Assembly: GCF_020745735.1 (NCBI RefSeq)
Contig: NC_083409.1
Coordinates: 10,762,978-10,826,977 of the forward strand
Reading direction: 5' to 3'
Origin: Hemiscyllium ocellatum
Taxonomy: Eukaryota
Length of the DNA: 64,000 nt
The stretch's first letter is position 1. Each line of letters begins with the position of its first letter. Positions 23,050 to 35,297 of this stretch are shown piece after piece. A program made the position numbers and the translations under genes. Under the pieces are notes generated by a model. The model searched no databases. It was not told the DNA's origin and worked only from the letters and a program-made list of their open reading frames with translations.

Positions 23050-26000
23050 AAGACCAAAGAGCAATGAAAATTACAGCACAAGAACTGGCCCTTCGGCCCT
23101 ACTAGCCTGCACTGGTCCATATCCTCCAACTAAACCTGTCATCAATTTTCCAAGGGTCTATCTCCCTTTGCTCCCTGCCCATCCATGTATCTATCTAGAT
23201 ATATCTTAAATGATGCTATTGTGCCTGCCTCTACCACCTCCACTGGCAACGTGTTCCAGGACCAATCACCCTCTGTGTGAAGAACTTTCCATACATATCT
23301 CCTTTCAATGTTTCCACTCTCACCTTGAACTCATGACCCCTGAGTAATTGAGTCCCCCACTCTGGGAAAAAGCTTCTTGCTATCCACCCTGTCTATACCT
23401 CTCATGATTTTGTAGACCCCAATCAGGTTCCCCCCTCAACGTTCGACTTTCTAATGAAAATAATCCTAATCTACTAAGCCTCTCTTCATAGCTAGTGCCC
23501 TCCATACCAGTCAATCCTGGTGAACCTCCTCTGCACCCTCTCCAAAGCATTCACATCTTTCTGGTAATGTGGCAACCAGAACGGTACACAGTATTCCAAA
23601 TGTGGCCAAGCCAAAGGCGGATATAATTCTAATATGACCTTCCAACTCTTTTGCTGAATACCACGTCTGGTGAAAGAAGGTATGCCATATGCCTTCTTGA
23701 ACACTCTATCGATCTGTGTTGTCACCTCCAGGGTACAATGGACCTGAACACCCAGGTCTCTCTGGGCATCAATTTTCCCAGGGTGTTCCATTCACCGTAC
23801 AGTTTACTCCAGATTTGGATCTTCCAAATTTCTTCAGATCGCATTTGCCTGGTTGAACTCCATCCATCCGTTTCTCTGCCCAACTCTCCAATCTATGTAT
23901 ATTCTGCTACATTCTCTGACAGTCCCCTTCCCTATCTGCTACTCCACCAATCTTAGTGTCATCTGCAAACTTGCTAATCAGACCACCTATACCTTCCTCC
24001 AGATCATTTATGTCTTTCCAAAACAAGAGTGGTACCAGCACGGATTCCTGTTCTCCATTTTGAGAAACTCCGTCCTTTACTATCGTCTGTCTTCTGTTGC
24101 CCAGCCTGTTCTCTATCCAACTAATGAGTACACTCTGGACCCCATGCGACTTAAATTTCTTTATCAGGCTGCCATGGGGAACTTTATCAAACGCATTCCT
24201 GAAATCCATGTGTATGACATCCACAGCCCTTCCCTCATCAATCAACTTCATCACTTCTTCAAAAAATTCTATAAAGATGGTAAGACATGACATTCCCTGC
24301 ACAACTTCACGCTGTCTATAACTAATAAGTCAATTTTCTTCCAAATATAAATAGATCTTATCCCTCAGTATCTTCTCCAGCAGCTTCCCTACCACTACAT
24401 CAGGCTCACTGGTTGATAGTTACCTGGATTATACTGGCTACCCTTCTTAAACATTAGTAATTCTCCACTCCTCTGGGACCTCATCCATGTTCAAAGTTGC
24501 TACAAAGATATCGATTAAGGCCCCAGCTATTTCCTCTCTTGCTTCCCTCAGAACCTGGGATCGATCCCATCCCGACCTGGGGACTTGTCCACCTTGATGC
24601 CGTTTAAAATACCCAAAACTTCCTCCCTCCTTAAACCGACTTGACCCTGAGTAATCAAACATCTATCCCCAACTTCAACACCTGTCATTTCCCTCTCCTT
24701 GGTGAATACCGACGTAAAGCACTTATTAAGAATCTCATCCATTTTCTCTGCCTCCACACATAACTTTCCTCCTTTGTCCTTGAGTGGGCCAACCCTTTCT
24801 CTAGTCACCCACTTGCTCCTTATATATGAATAAAAGGATTTGGGATTTTCCTTAATCCTGTTTGTTAATGATATTTTGTGACCCCTTTTAGCCCTTTTAA
24901 TTCCTCACTTCAGGTTGGTCCTACTTTCACAATATTCTTCCAAAGCTTTGCCTGTTTTCAGCTACCTCGACCATATGTATTCATCCTTTTTCCTCTTAGC
25001 TAGTCTCACAATTTCATCTGTCATCCAGCGTTTCCTAGTCCTGCCATTTCAATCCCTTATTTTCACAGGGACATGTCTGTCCGGACTCTAGTCAACCTCT
25101 CTTTAAAAGCCTCCCACATATCAAATATGGATTTCCCTTTAAACAGCTACTCCCAATCCACATTCCCCAGCTCCTGCCAAATTTTGCTATAGTTGGCCTT
25201 CCCCCAGTTTAGCCATCTTCCTTTCGGACCACTCTCGTCTTTGTCCAGGAGTATTCTAAAACTTATGGAATTGTGGTCACTGTTACCAAAATAATCCCCT
25301 AGTGAAATTTCAACCACCTGGCCGGGCTCATTCCCCAATACCTGGCCCCTTCCTGAGTTAGATTATTTCCACATTACTCTGTAAAATCCTCCTGAATGCT
25401 CCTTGCAAATTCTGCTCCATCTAAACTGCTAACATGAAGTGAATCCCAGTCAATGTTGGGAAAATTAAAATTTTCCATCACCCACCACCTTGTTACTCCT
25501 ACATCTTTCCATAATCTGATTACATATTTGTACCTCTATCTCACGTTCACTGTTAGGAGGCTTGTAGGATAGCACCAACATTGTTACTGCACCCTTCCTA
25601 TTTCTGAGCTCTGCCCATATTGCCCCACTGCTCGAGTCCTCCATAGTGCCTTCCTTCAGCACACCTGTGATAACCACTCTGACCTGTAATGCAACTCCTC
25701 CATCCCTTTTACCTCCCTCTCAAACCCATCTGATACATCTGTATCCTGGGATATTTAGTTGCCAATCTTGCCCTTCCCTCAACCACGTCTCAGTAATAGC
25801 AATAACATCATACTCCCAGATACTATTCCAATCCCAAAATTCCTCTGCCTTACCTACTACACTTCTCACATTAAAACAATACACCTCAGACCATTTGTCC
25901 CTTTGCTTTCATCATCTGCCCCCAACCTACTCTTAACCTTAGTCACGCTGACTTCAATATCTAGTTCCTGACAGGCTTTAGTTACTCCCTCCTTATTGTC

Positions 26001-26500
26001 CACTAACTTCCTCATTTGGTTCCCATCCCTCTGCTACACTATTTTGAACGTGATCAAACATATCCCACAGGACACTGGTTCCAGTCCTGCCCAGGTGTAG
26101 ACCACTCGATTTGTAATTGTCCCACCTCCCCAGGAACCAGTCCCAATGCCCCAAAAATCTGAACCCCTCCCTCCTGCACCATCTCTCAAGCCACGCATTC
26201 ATCCTGCCTATACTTTCATTTTGACTCTGACTAGCACATGGCACTGGGAGCAATCCTGAGATTACTACCTCTGAGATCATACATTTTAATATGGTTCCTA
26301 ACTCCCTAAATTCTGCTTGTCCGCCCTCATTCCATTTATTACCGATATCATCGGCGCTTACATGCACCATCACAGCTAGCTGTTCACCTCCCCCTTCAGA
26401 ATGTCCTGCAGCTGATCTGAGACATGCCTGAGCCGTACAACTGGGAGGCAACATGCTATTCGTGAGTCTTGTCTTTGACCACAGAACCGCCGATCTACTC
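23050..26500 (-). mobile_element. Long decayed CR1 (ORF1 esterase, endonuclease, RT, 3' end)
   Basis: VVISGLLPVP..MNAWLERWCRREGFRFLGHW (esterase); GNSDHNSISF; MDFRNAFDKVPH..SKFADDTKIGG. Confidence 0.88.
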
Positions 26501-29500
26501 CCTTTACAAAGTCCAAACAAACCATATCCATGGGCCCCCCCTTATCAAATCCACTCACTACATCCTCAAACAATTCCAGTCGATTTTTTAAGCATGATTT
26601 CCCTTTCAACAATTCATGCTTACTATCTCCAGTTCTGTCACTGTTTTCAAAGTGCTAAGCTATCAAATATTTGGAATGAACTTGAGCATTTTCTCCACTG
26701 CTGATTTCTGGCTAATTGGTCTAAAATGTTTTATTTTCCCCTCTCTATCTCTCTCTCTTTTTCAATAATTGTGTTAAATTAGGTCCCTCCACTCTGTTTG
26801 ACCTATTCCACAGTCGACAAACAGATAACCATCAATGTTTCTAATATTTTACAACCCACTTCCTGAAGCACTCCTGAAAATAGATTATTTGGCCCTGCTG
26901 ATTTAACACACTTTAATTTTCCCAGAACCATTTTCCTCAACAACTGATTTCCTTCAGCTCCTTCCTCTGATAAAACTCCAAGTTCACCAACATGTCTGAG
27001 ATTTATTTGAGAATTCATTTGTGCAGAAAGATTCAGAATATGTTTATCTGTCATCTCTTTGTTCCAACTATAACATTATAACACTTGTGTGAAGCTTCCT
27101 TGAATGTCATCTGGACGTCCATATAAACAACACATTCCCTTATCTCACACATTAGTGACCTCGTTAAAACATGTAACCAGGTTAGTTAAAAATGTCTGAC
27201 CCTTTTTAAATCCATGCTGACTTACTCTGATCTGTTCATATATGTCAGACATTCTGTCTCTAAACCAGCTTCAATTACTTCCCAACAATAGACATTCGAC
27301 GGAGATGTTCATTGTGAGTGAGGTTAGTAAACAGCTAGCACTGACATGACGGGCTGAACAGCCTCCTCCTAGAGTCACAGAGTCAAAGAGATATTCAGCA
27401 TGGAAACAGACCCTTCGGTCCAACTTGTCCATGCCGACCAGACATCCCAAACCAATCTAGTCCCACCTGCCAACTCCTGGCCCAGATCCCTCCAAACCCT
27501 TCCTATTCATATACCCATCCAGATGCCTTTTAAATGTTGCAATTGTACCAGCATCTACCACTTCCTCTGGCAGCCCCATTCCGCACTCGCACCACCCTGT
27601 GCGTGAAAAAGTTGCTCCTCAATTCTCTTTTATATCTTTCCTCTCTTACCCTAAACCTATGCCCTCTATTACTGGACTCCACCACCCCAGGGAAAAGACT
27701 TGGTCTCTTTGCCCTATCCATGCTCCTCATGATTTTATAAACCTCTGTAAGGTCACTCCTCAGCCTCCGACACTCCAGGGAAAACATCCCCAGCCTATTT
27801 AACCTCTCCCTATAGCTTAAATTCTCCAACCCTGGTAACATCCTTTTAAATCTTTTCTGAACCCTTTCAAGTTTCACAACATCTTTCTGATAGGAAGGAG
27901 ACCAGAATTGAATGCAATACTCCAAAAGTGGCCTAGGTGACCTCCCAATTCCTATACTCAATAATCTGACCATTAAAGGAAAGCATATCGAATGTCTTCT
28001 TCATTATCCTATCCACCGACTACTCTACTTTCAAGGAGCTATGAACATGCACTCCAAAGTCTCTTTGTTCAGCAACACTCCCAAGGACCTTACTATTAAG
28101 AGTATAAGTGCTGCTCAGATTTGCTTTCCCAAATGCAGCACCTTACATTTATCTAAATTAAACTCCATCTGCCATTCCTCAGCTCAATGGCCCATTGGAT
28201 CAAGATCCTGTTGTAATCTGAGGTAACCTTCTTCACTGTCCACTTCACCCCCAATTTTCGTGTCATTTGCAAACTTACTAACTCTACCGCCTATGTTCAT
28301 ATCCAAATCATTTATTTAAATGACAAAAAGTAGTTGACTCAGCACCATTCCTTATGACACTCCACTGGCCACAGGCCTCCAATCTGAAAAACATCCCTCC
28401 ACTACCACCCTCTGTATTCTACCTTTGAGCCAGTTCTGTATCCAAATGGCTAGTTCTCCTGTATTCCATGAGATCTAACCTTGCTAACCTATCTCCCATG
28501 GGGAACCTTGTCGAATGCCTTACTGAAGTCCATTCAGATCCTGTCTAAGGCTGTGCCCTTATCAATTCTTTCTGTTACTTCTTCAAAAGATTCATTCAAG
28601 TTTGTGAGACATGATTTCCCACACACAAAACCATGCTGCCCAACCCTAATCAGTCTTTGCCTTTCCAAATGTATGGACAATTTGTCCCTCAGGATTCCTT
28701 CCAAGAACTTCCTCACAATCGACGTCTGGCTCATTGGTCTACAATTCCCTGACTTGTCCTTACCACCTTTCTTAAATAGTGGCACCAATTAGTGAACCTC
28801 CAGTCTTCTGGCACATCATCTGTGACTATTGAGGATACAAATATCACAGTATGATGCCCAGCAATCACTTCCCTAGCTTCCCACAGAGTCCTGGGGTACA
28901 CCTAATTAGGTCCTGGGGATTTATCCACTTTTATGCATTTCAAGACATCTAGCATCTCCTCGTCTGAAATAAGAACATTTTTCAAGATGTCACCATCCAT
29001 TACCCTACGTTCTATAATCTTCAATATCCTTCTCCACCGTTAAACTGAAGCAAAATACTCGTTTGGTATCTGCCCCATCTCGTGCGGCTCCACACAAAGG
29101 TCGCCTTTCTGATCTTTGAGGGGCCCTATTCTCTCCTTAGTTACCCTCTTGTCCTTAATGTATTCGTAAAACCCCTCTGGATTCTCCTTAACCTTATTTG
29201 TCAAAACTTCTCATGTCCCCTTGTTGCCCTCCTGATTTCCCTCTTAAGAATACTCCTACTGCCTTTGTATGCCTCTAAGGATTCACTCGATCTATCCTGT
29301 CAATACCTGACATATGCTCCATTCTTTTTCTTAACCAAACCCTCAATGTTTCTTGTCATCCAATATTCCCTACACCTACCAGCCTTTCCTTTCACCCTAA
29401 CTAAAATATACTTTCTCTGGACTCAAGTTATATCACTTCTGAAGGCTTCTCATTTTCCAGCTGTCCCTTTACCTGTGAGCAACTTCCCCCAATCAGCTTT

Positions 29501-29510
29501 TCAGAGTTTT

Positions 29511-29819
29511 AGATTAGATTGCTTAGTGTGGAAACAGGCCCTTCAGCCCAACAAGTCCAGACGGACCCTCCGAAGAGCAACCCACCCAGACCCATTCCCC
29601 TATGTTTACCGCTTCACCTAACACTATGGACAATTTAGCATGGCCAATTCACCTAACCTGCACTTTTTTAGACTGTGGGAGGAAACCGGAGCACCCGTAG
29701 GAAACCCACGCTGACATGGGGAGTATGTGCAAACTGCACACAGACAGTTGCCTGAGGTGGGAATTGAACCCGGGGCTCTGGCACTGTGAGGCAGCAGTGT
29801 TAACCACTGTGCCACCGTG
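29511..29819 (-). mobile_element. HE1-type V-SINE nested in CR1
   Basis: Minus strand cacggtggcacagtggttaacactgctgcc...; (AATCT)n tail at 29511-29520. Confidence 0.9.
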
Positions 29820-30739
29820 CCTGATACTGGCAAAATTAGCCTTCCTCCAATTTAGAACTTCAACTTCTGGATCTGGTCTATCCTTTTCCATCACTATTTT
29901 AAAATGAATAGAATTATGCTCGCTGAGCAAAAGTGCTCCTCCACTTGCACCTCAGTCACCTGCCCTGCATTATTTCCCAAGAGAAGGTCGAGTTCTGCAC
30001 CTTCTCTAGTAGGTACATCCACATACTGAATCAGAAAATTGTCTTGTACACACTTAACAAATTCCTCTCCATCTAAATCCTTAACACTATGGCAGTCCCA
30101 GTCTATGTTTGGAAAGTTAAAATCCCCTACTATAACCACCCCATTATTCTTACTGATAACTGAAATCTCCTTAAAAATTTATTTCTCAATTTCCCGCTGA
30201 CTACTGGAGGGGGCTATAGTATAATCCCAAGAAGGTGATTATCCCCTTCTTTTTTCTCAGTTCCACCCAAATAATTTCCCTGGATGTATTTCTGGGAATA
30301 TCCTCCCTAAGTACAGCTGTAATGTTATCCCTTATCAAAAATGCCACTCCCCCTCCTCTCTGGCCTCCCTTTCTGTCCTTCCTATAGCATTTGTATCCTA
30401 GAACATGAAACAGCCAGTCCTGTCCATCCCTGAGCCATGTTTCTGTAATTGCCATGCTATCCCAGTCCCACGTTCCTAACCATGCCCTATGTTCATCTTC
30501 CTTCCCTGTTAGGCCTCTTGCATTTGTTCCCGCCTGCCCTGACTCTTTGACTTGCCTTTGTTCTCAACTATACCAATCTCAGATTGAAATATTTCCTCAC
30601 TATCTCCCTGGGTCCCTCCCACCCATCTTACTAGTTTAAATCCTCCCAAGCAGCTCTAGCAAACTCCCTGCCAGTATATTAATCCCCTTCCAATTTAGGT
30701 GCAATCCGTCCTTCTTGTACAGGTCACTTCTACCTCAAA

Positions 30740-31390
30740 TTTGCCACCCAGGTAAATAGTGCTGTGAGGAAGGCATATGGTGTACTGGGCTTTATTGGTA
30801 GAGGAATTGAGTTCCGGAGTCCTGAGGTCATGTTGCAGTTGTGTAAGACTCTGGTGTGGCCTCATCTGGAGTATTGTGTGCAGTTTTGGTCGCCATACTA
30901 TAGGAAGGATGTGGAGGCATTGGAACGAGTGCAGAGGAGGTTTACCAGGATGTTGCCTGGCATGGTAGGAAGATCATATGAGGAAAGGCTGAGGCACTTG
31001 GGCCTGTTCTCATTGGAGAAAAGAAGGTTTAGGAGATTTGATAGAGGTGTATAAGATGATTAGGGGTTTAGATAGGGTAGACACTGAGAACCTTTTACCG
31101 CTAATGGAGTCAGCTGTTACTAGGGGACACAGCTTTAAATTAAGGGGTGGTAGGTATAGGACAGATGTTAGGGGTAGATTCTTTACGCAGCGGGTTGTGA
31201 GTTCATGGAATGCCCTGCCAGTAGCAGTGGTGAACTCTCCCTCTTTATGGTCATTTAAGCGGGCATTGGATAGGCATATGGAAGTTATTGGGCTAGTGTA
31301 GGTTAGGTAGGATTTGGTCGGCGCAACATCGAGGGCCGAAGGGCCTGTACTGCGCTGTATTTTTCTATGTTCTATGTTCTATGTTCTATT
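30740..31390 (+). mobile_element. Young 5'-truncated CR1 nested in the older CR1
   Basis: CpG-rich, near-open LCKTLVWPHLEYCVQFWSPYYRKDV..; (TTCTATG)n tail ~31363-31389; host CR1 homology resumes on both sides. Confidence 0.88.
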
Positions 31391-32969
31391 TAAAACAGCT
31401 TCCAAAGATTCAAAAATGTGAATCCTTCTCCCATACACCAGCTCCTTAGCCATGCATTCATCTGCTCTATCCTACTATTCCTGCCCTCACTAGCTCATAG
31501 CACTGGGGGTAATTTAGATATTACTACTCTCGAGGATCTCCTTTTTAACTTCCTGCCTAACTCTCTGCAATCTACCTTCAGAATCTCAACCTTTTCCCTT
31601 CCTATGTCGTTGGTTCCAAAGTGTACAATGACCTCCTGCTGGTCCCTCTCCACCTTAAGAACATTTTGCACCCTCCCTGAGACATCCTTGATCCTGGCAC
31701 CAGGGAAGCAACACAACATTCTGGCTTTTCACTGCTGGCCACAGAAACATCTGTCTGTACCTCGGGCTAGAGAGTCCCCTAACACAGTCGATCATTTGGA
31801 ACCCGACATACGTCCCATTACATTAGAGCCAGTGTCAATACCAGGAACTTGGCTGCTCATGCTAAGTACCCCTGAGTTTCCATGACTCCCTACATTTTCC
31901 AAAGCAGCATACTTGTTTGAAATGGGAATAGCCACAGAAGACACCTGCACCTCTCTGGCCTTTCCTGAAGTTATGGTAAGAGCCCATGGGATCCAAGGCA
32001 TTTTGGCAAATTGGATCCAAATATGAGGCAAAGAGTAATGGTGGAGGGTTGTCTTTGTGATTGGAAGCCTGTGACCAGTGGTGTAAGACAGGGATTGGGG
32101 CTGGGACCCTTGCTGTTTGTAATGTACATTAACAAATTGACTGTGATTGTATAATTCAAAAGTTTTCAGAGGCCACATAAATTGGTGGTGTTATTGATAT
32201 TGATTTGATTTTTATTTTAGTGTATTGTCACGTGTACTCGAGTGCAAAAGTATTGGAGTACAGTGAAAAGTATGTAACGTCACCTCACAAGGTGCCATCT
32301 TAGGTACAAGGACCTCAGTACAGAATCGTAAGAACAAGGTAGAAAGAAAGAATAAAGTTCAAAGTTACACGTTGCAGATCTTTTTAGTTTTAAGTAGAAA
32401 ATGAAGAAATAAAGCTGAAAGTTCAAGCATTAAAGCCTTTCTTTAGAACTTAGCAACCATGGGATCATACTTTAAGTAATCATCTCGAGACCAGAAGTCC
32501 GGGCTGAGGCCTTCCCTGGTGGAGAGACCACCATTACAGAAAGGACCACTATGTGGGCTGAGAGACACCCACTCTGGGCCACTCAGAGATCGCCACACTA
32601 GGCCGAGTGACCATCACGCTGGGCTGACAGTCTAGCATGCTGGGCTGACAGGCCACCATATTGAACTGAGAGGCCATCATGTTGGACCAAGAGTCTGTCT
32701 CGTTGGGCTGGAAGATCTCCCTGCCAGGCCAGGACACTGCCACACCAAGCCAGGAGGCCACATCATTAGGTCTGCACTAGGTCAGAGGCCTGGTGACTGA
32801 GGCTGGGAGTCCGTGCCCAGGAGAAGAAATAAGGGAGAAGGACAAAAGAAAAACACAAAAGAAAAGGAAAAGAGAAGTGGAATAGAAAGAAGAAAAGGAA
32901 ACAGACGAAGCAGATGAACTCGGGCTGAAGCATCCTACTCTGCTGCCATCTTGGATGACTGGGTCTCAG

Positions 32970-35297
32970 GCTAGAGTCTGATATTGGTCAGCTGGTAACT
33001 TGGGCAGAGCAATGGCAGATGTAATTTAATCCTGATACCTCTGAGGTGATCTAACTTGGGAGGTCTAATAAGGGTAGGATATTCACAATGAAAGGCATGT
33101 GCCTTGAGTGTCCTCATGCATGAATCACAGAGGGTTGGTCGACAGGTACAATAAATAATTAGGAAGGCAAATGGAATTTTGTCCTTCATTGCTAAAGGGA
33201 TTGAGTTTAAAAAGCGGGAATGTTATGTTGCAGCTGTACAGGGTGTTGGTGAGGCCACACCTGGAGTACTGCGTGCAGTAATAGTCTCCTTACTTGAAAA
33301 AGGCAATATTGGCACTAGAGAGGTGCAGAGTTCACTAGGCTGATTCCGGGGTGGAGGGGGTTGGCTTATGAAGGGAGACTGCATCGACTGGGATATATTC
33401 ATGGGAACTTAGAAGAATGAGGGGAACCTTATAGAAACAAATAAAATTATAAAGATAATAGATAAGACAGAAGTAGAGAGGATGTTCCCACTGGCAGGTG
33501 AAACTAAAACAGGAGGGTTTAGCCTCAGAATTAGGGGGAGCAAATTTCGGACTGAATTGAGAAGGAACATCTTCATCCAGAGGGTCATAAATCTATGAAA
33601 TTCTTTGCTCAATGAAGAAAGTGATGCTACTTCATTAAATGTTTTAAAACTAAGATAGATTTTTTTCACAACAAAGGAATTAAGAGATACAGTGAGAGCA
33701 AATGCCAGGTCTTGCACATTAGAAAAAATAATACAGGCATGGTCTAGGTTCTAAACGGTGAGAAAATTCCTAAAACCAAAGTACAATGGGATCTAGGAAT
33801 GCTAGTCCCGGATTCTCTAAAGGTTCACTTGCAGGTTGAGTCTGTGGTTAAGGAAGCAAATGTAATATTGTAATTTATCTCAAGAGGATTGGAATGTAAA
33901 ATGAGATGTGCTGCTGAGACTTTATAAAGCTCTGGTTAAGCCCAATTTAAAACACTGTGTCCAGTTTTTGGCCCCATACCTCAGAAAGAACATACTGGCA
34001 CTGGACCGTGTCCAGTGGAGATTCACATGGATGAGCCCTGGAATGGTAAGCCTAATATATGATGAATGACCAAGGATCCTGGGATTGTATTCATTTGAGT
34101 TTAGAAGGTTAAGGGGAGATCTGATAGAAACTTACAAGATATGCATGGCTTAGAAAGGTTGGATGCTGGGAAATTGTTTCCGTTAAGTAGGGATACTAGC
34201 ATCTGTGGGCACATCCTTAGAGTTAGAGGGGGTCAGTTTAAAATGGAACTGAGGAGACATTTCTTCAGCTAGAGAGTTATGGGCCTGTGAAATTCATTGC
34301 CACAGAGCGCAGTGGTGGCCAAGATATTAAATGTCTTCAAGGCAGAGATTGATAAATTCTTAATCTTGCAATGAATTAAGGGCTACAGGGAGAGTGCGAG
34401 TAACTGTCGTTAAATGCCCATCACCCATGATTGAATGGCGGAGTGGACTCGATGGGTCAAATGGCCTTACTTCCACTCCTATGTCTTATGGTCTTATGTG
34501 GAACTGAGTCATGAAAAGATCAACCATGATCTTATTGAATGGCAGAGCAGGGTTGAAGGGCCAGATGGCGTCCTCTTGCTCCTAGTTCTTATGTTCTTAT
34601 GTTCGTTGGGAGTACTGAGGAATGAAGGGACCTTGGTATACAAGTCCATCAATCCCAGAAGGCATCAACTCGACAGGGTGGTGAAGAAAGCATATGGGAT
34701 GCTTGTCATCATTAGCCAGGGTGTAGAATATAGAAAGGAAGAATTCTTGTTGTTACCTGACAGAGCATTGGTTAGGTCATGTCTGGAATACTGTGCACAT
34801 TTCTGGTCATGACACTGTTGGAAGAACATGATTGGACTGGAGAAGATGCAGAGGAGATTAACCAGAATGTTCCCTGGGATGGAAAGTGTTAGTTCTGAGG
34901 AGAGACTGGATAGACTGGGTTTGTTTTCTCTGGGGGAATCTGATTGAGGTATACAAAAATATGAAAGGCATAGTCAAAGTCAATTGTGAGAATCTTTTCC
35001 CCATGTCAGACATGTCTATGACCAGAGGGAATAAGCTTACCGTGTGAAAATGTGGTTTAGACGGGTTGAGGACTTGTTTTCCCCAGAGGGTGGTAGAAAT
35101 ATGGAAGGTGCTGCTTGAGAAGGTGGTGGAGGCAGCTCCTCTCACAACATTTAAGAAACATCCAGATGAGCACATAAAATGCCAGGGCATGGAAGGCTAT
35201 GGACCAACTGCAGGTAAATGGAGTTTGGTGATTACTGATTGGCATCAACATGTCGACAAACAGAAGGGCCTGTTTGTTTGCTGTATGACTCTATGAC
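32970..35297 (+). mobile_element. Three stacked CR1 3' fragments
   Basis: Repeated HLEYCVQ-type RT C-terminus and 3' ends near 33700, 34500 and 35297. Confidence 0.8.

Larger units (their letters stand above)
27370..31940 (-). mobile_element. Long decayed CR1 carrying two nested insertions
   Basis: ORF1 esterase (CFPGARIKDVSGRVQNVLK..VIVHFGTND) 31495-31719; AITETWL 30201-30455; IVGDFNFPNIDW 29894-30139; RT 27530-28790. Confidence 0.88.
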
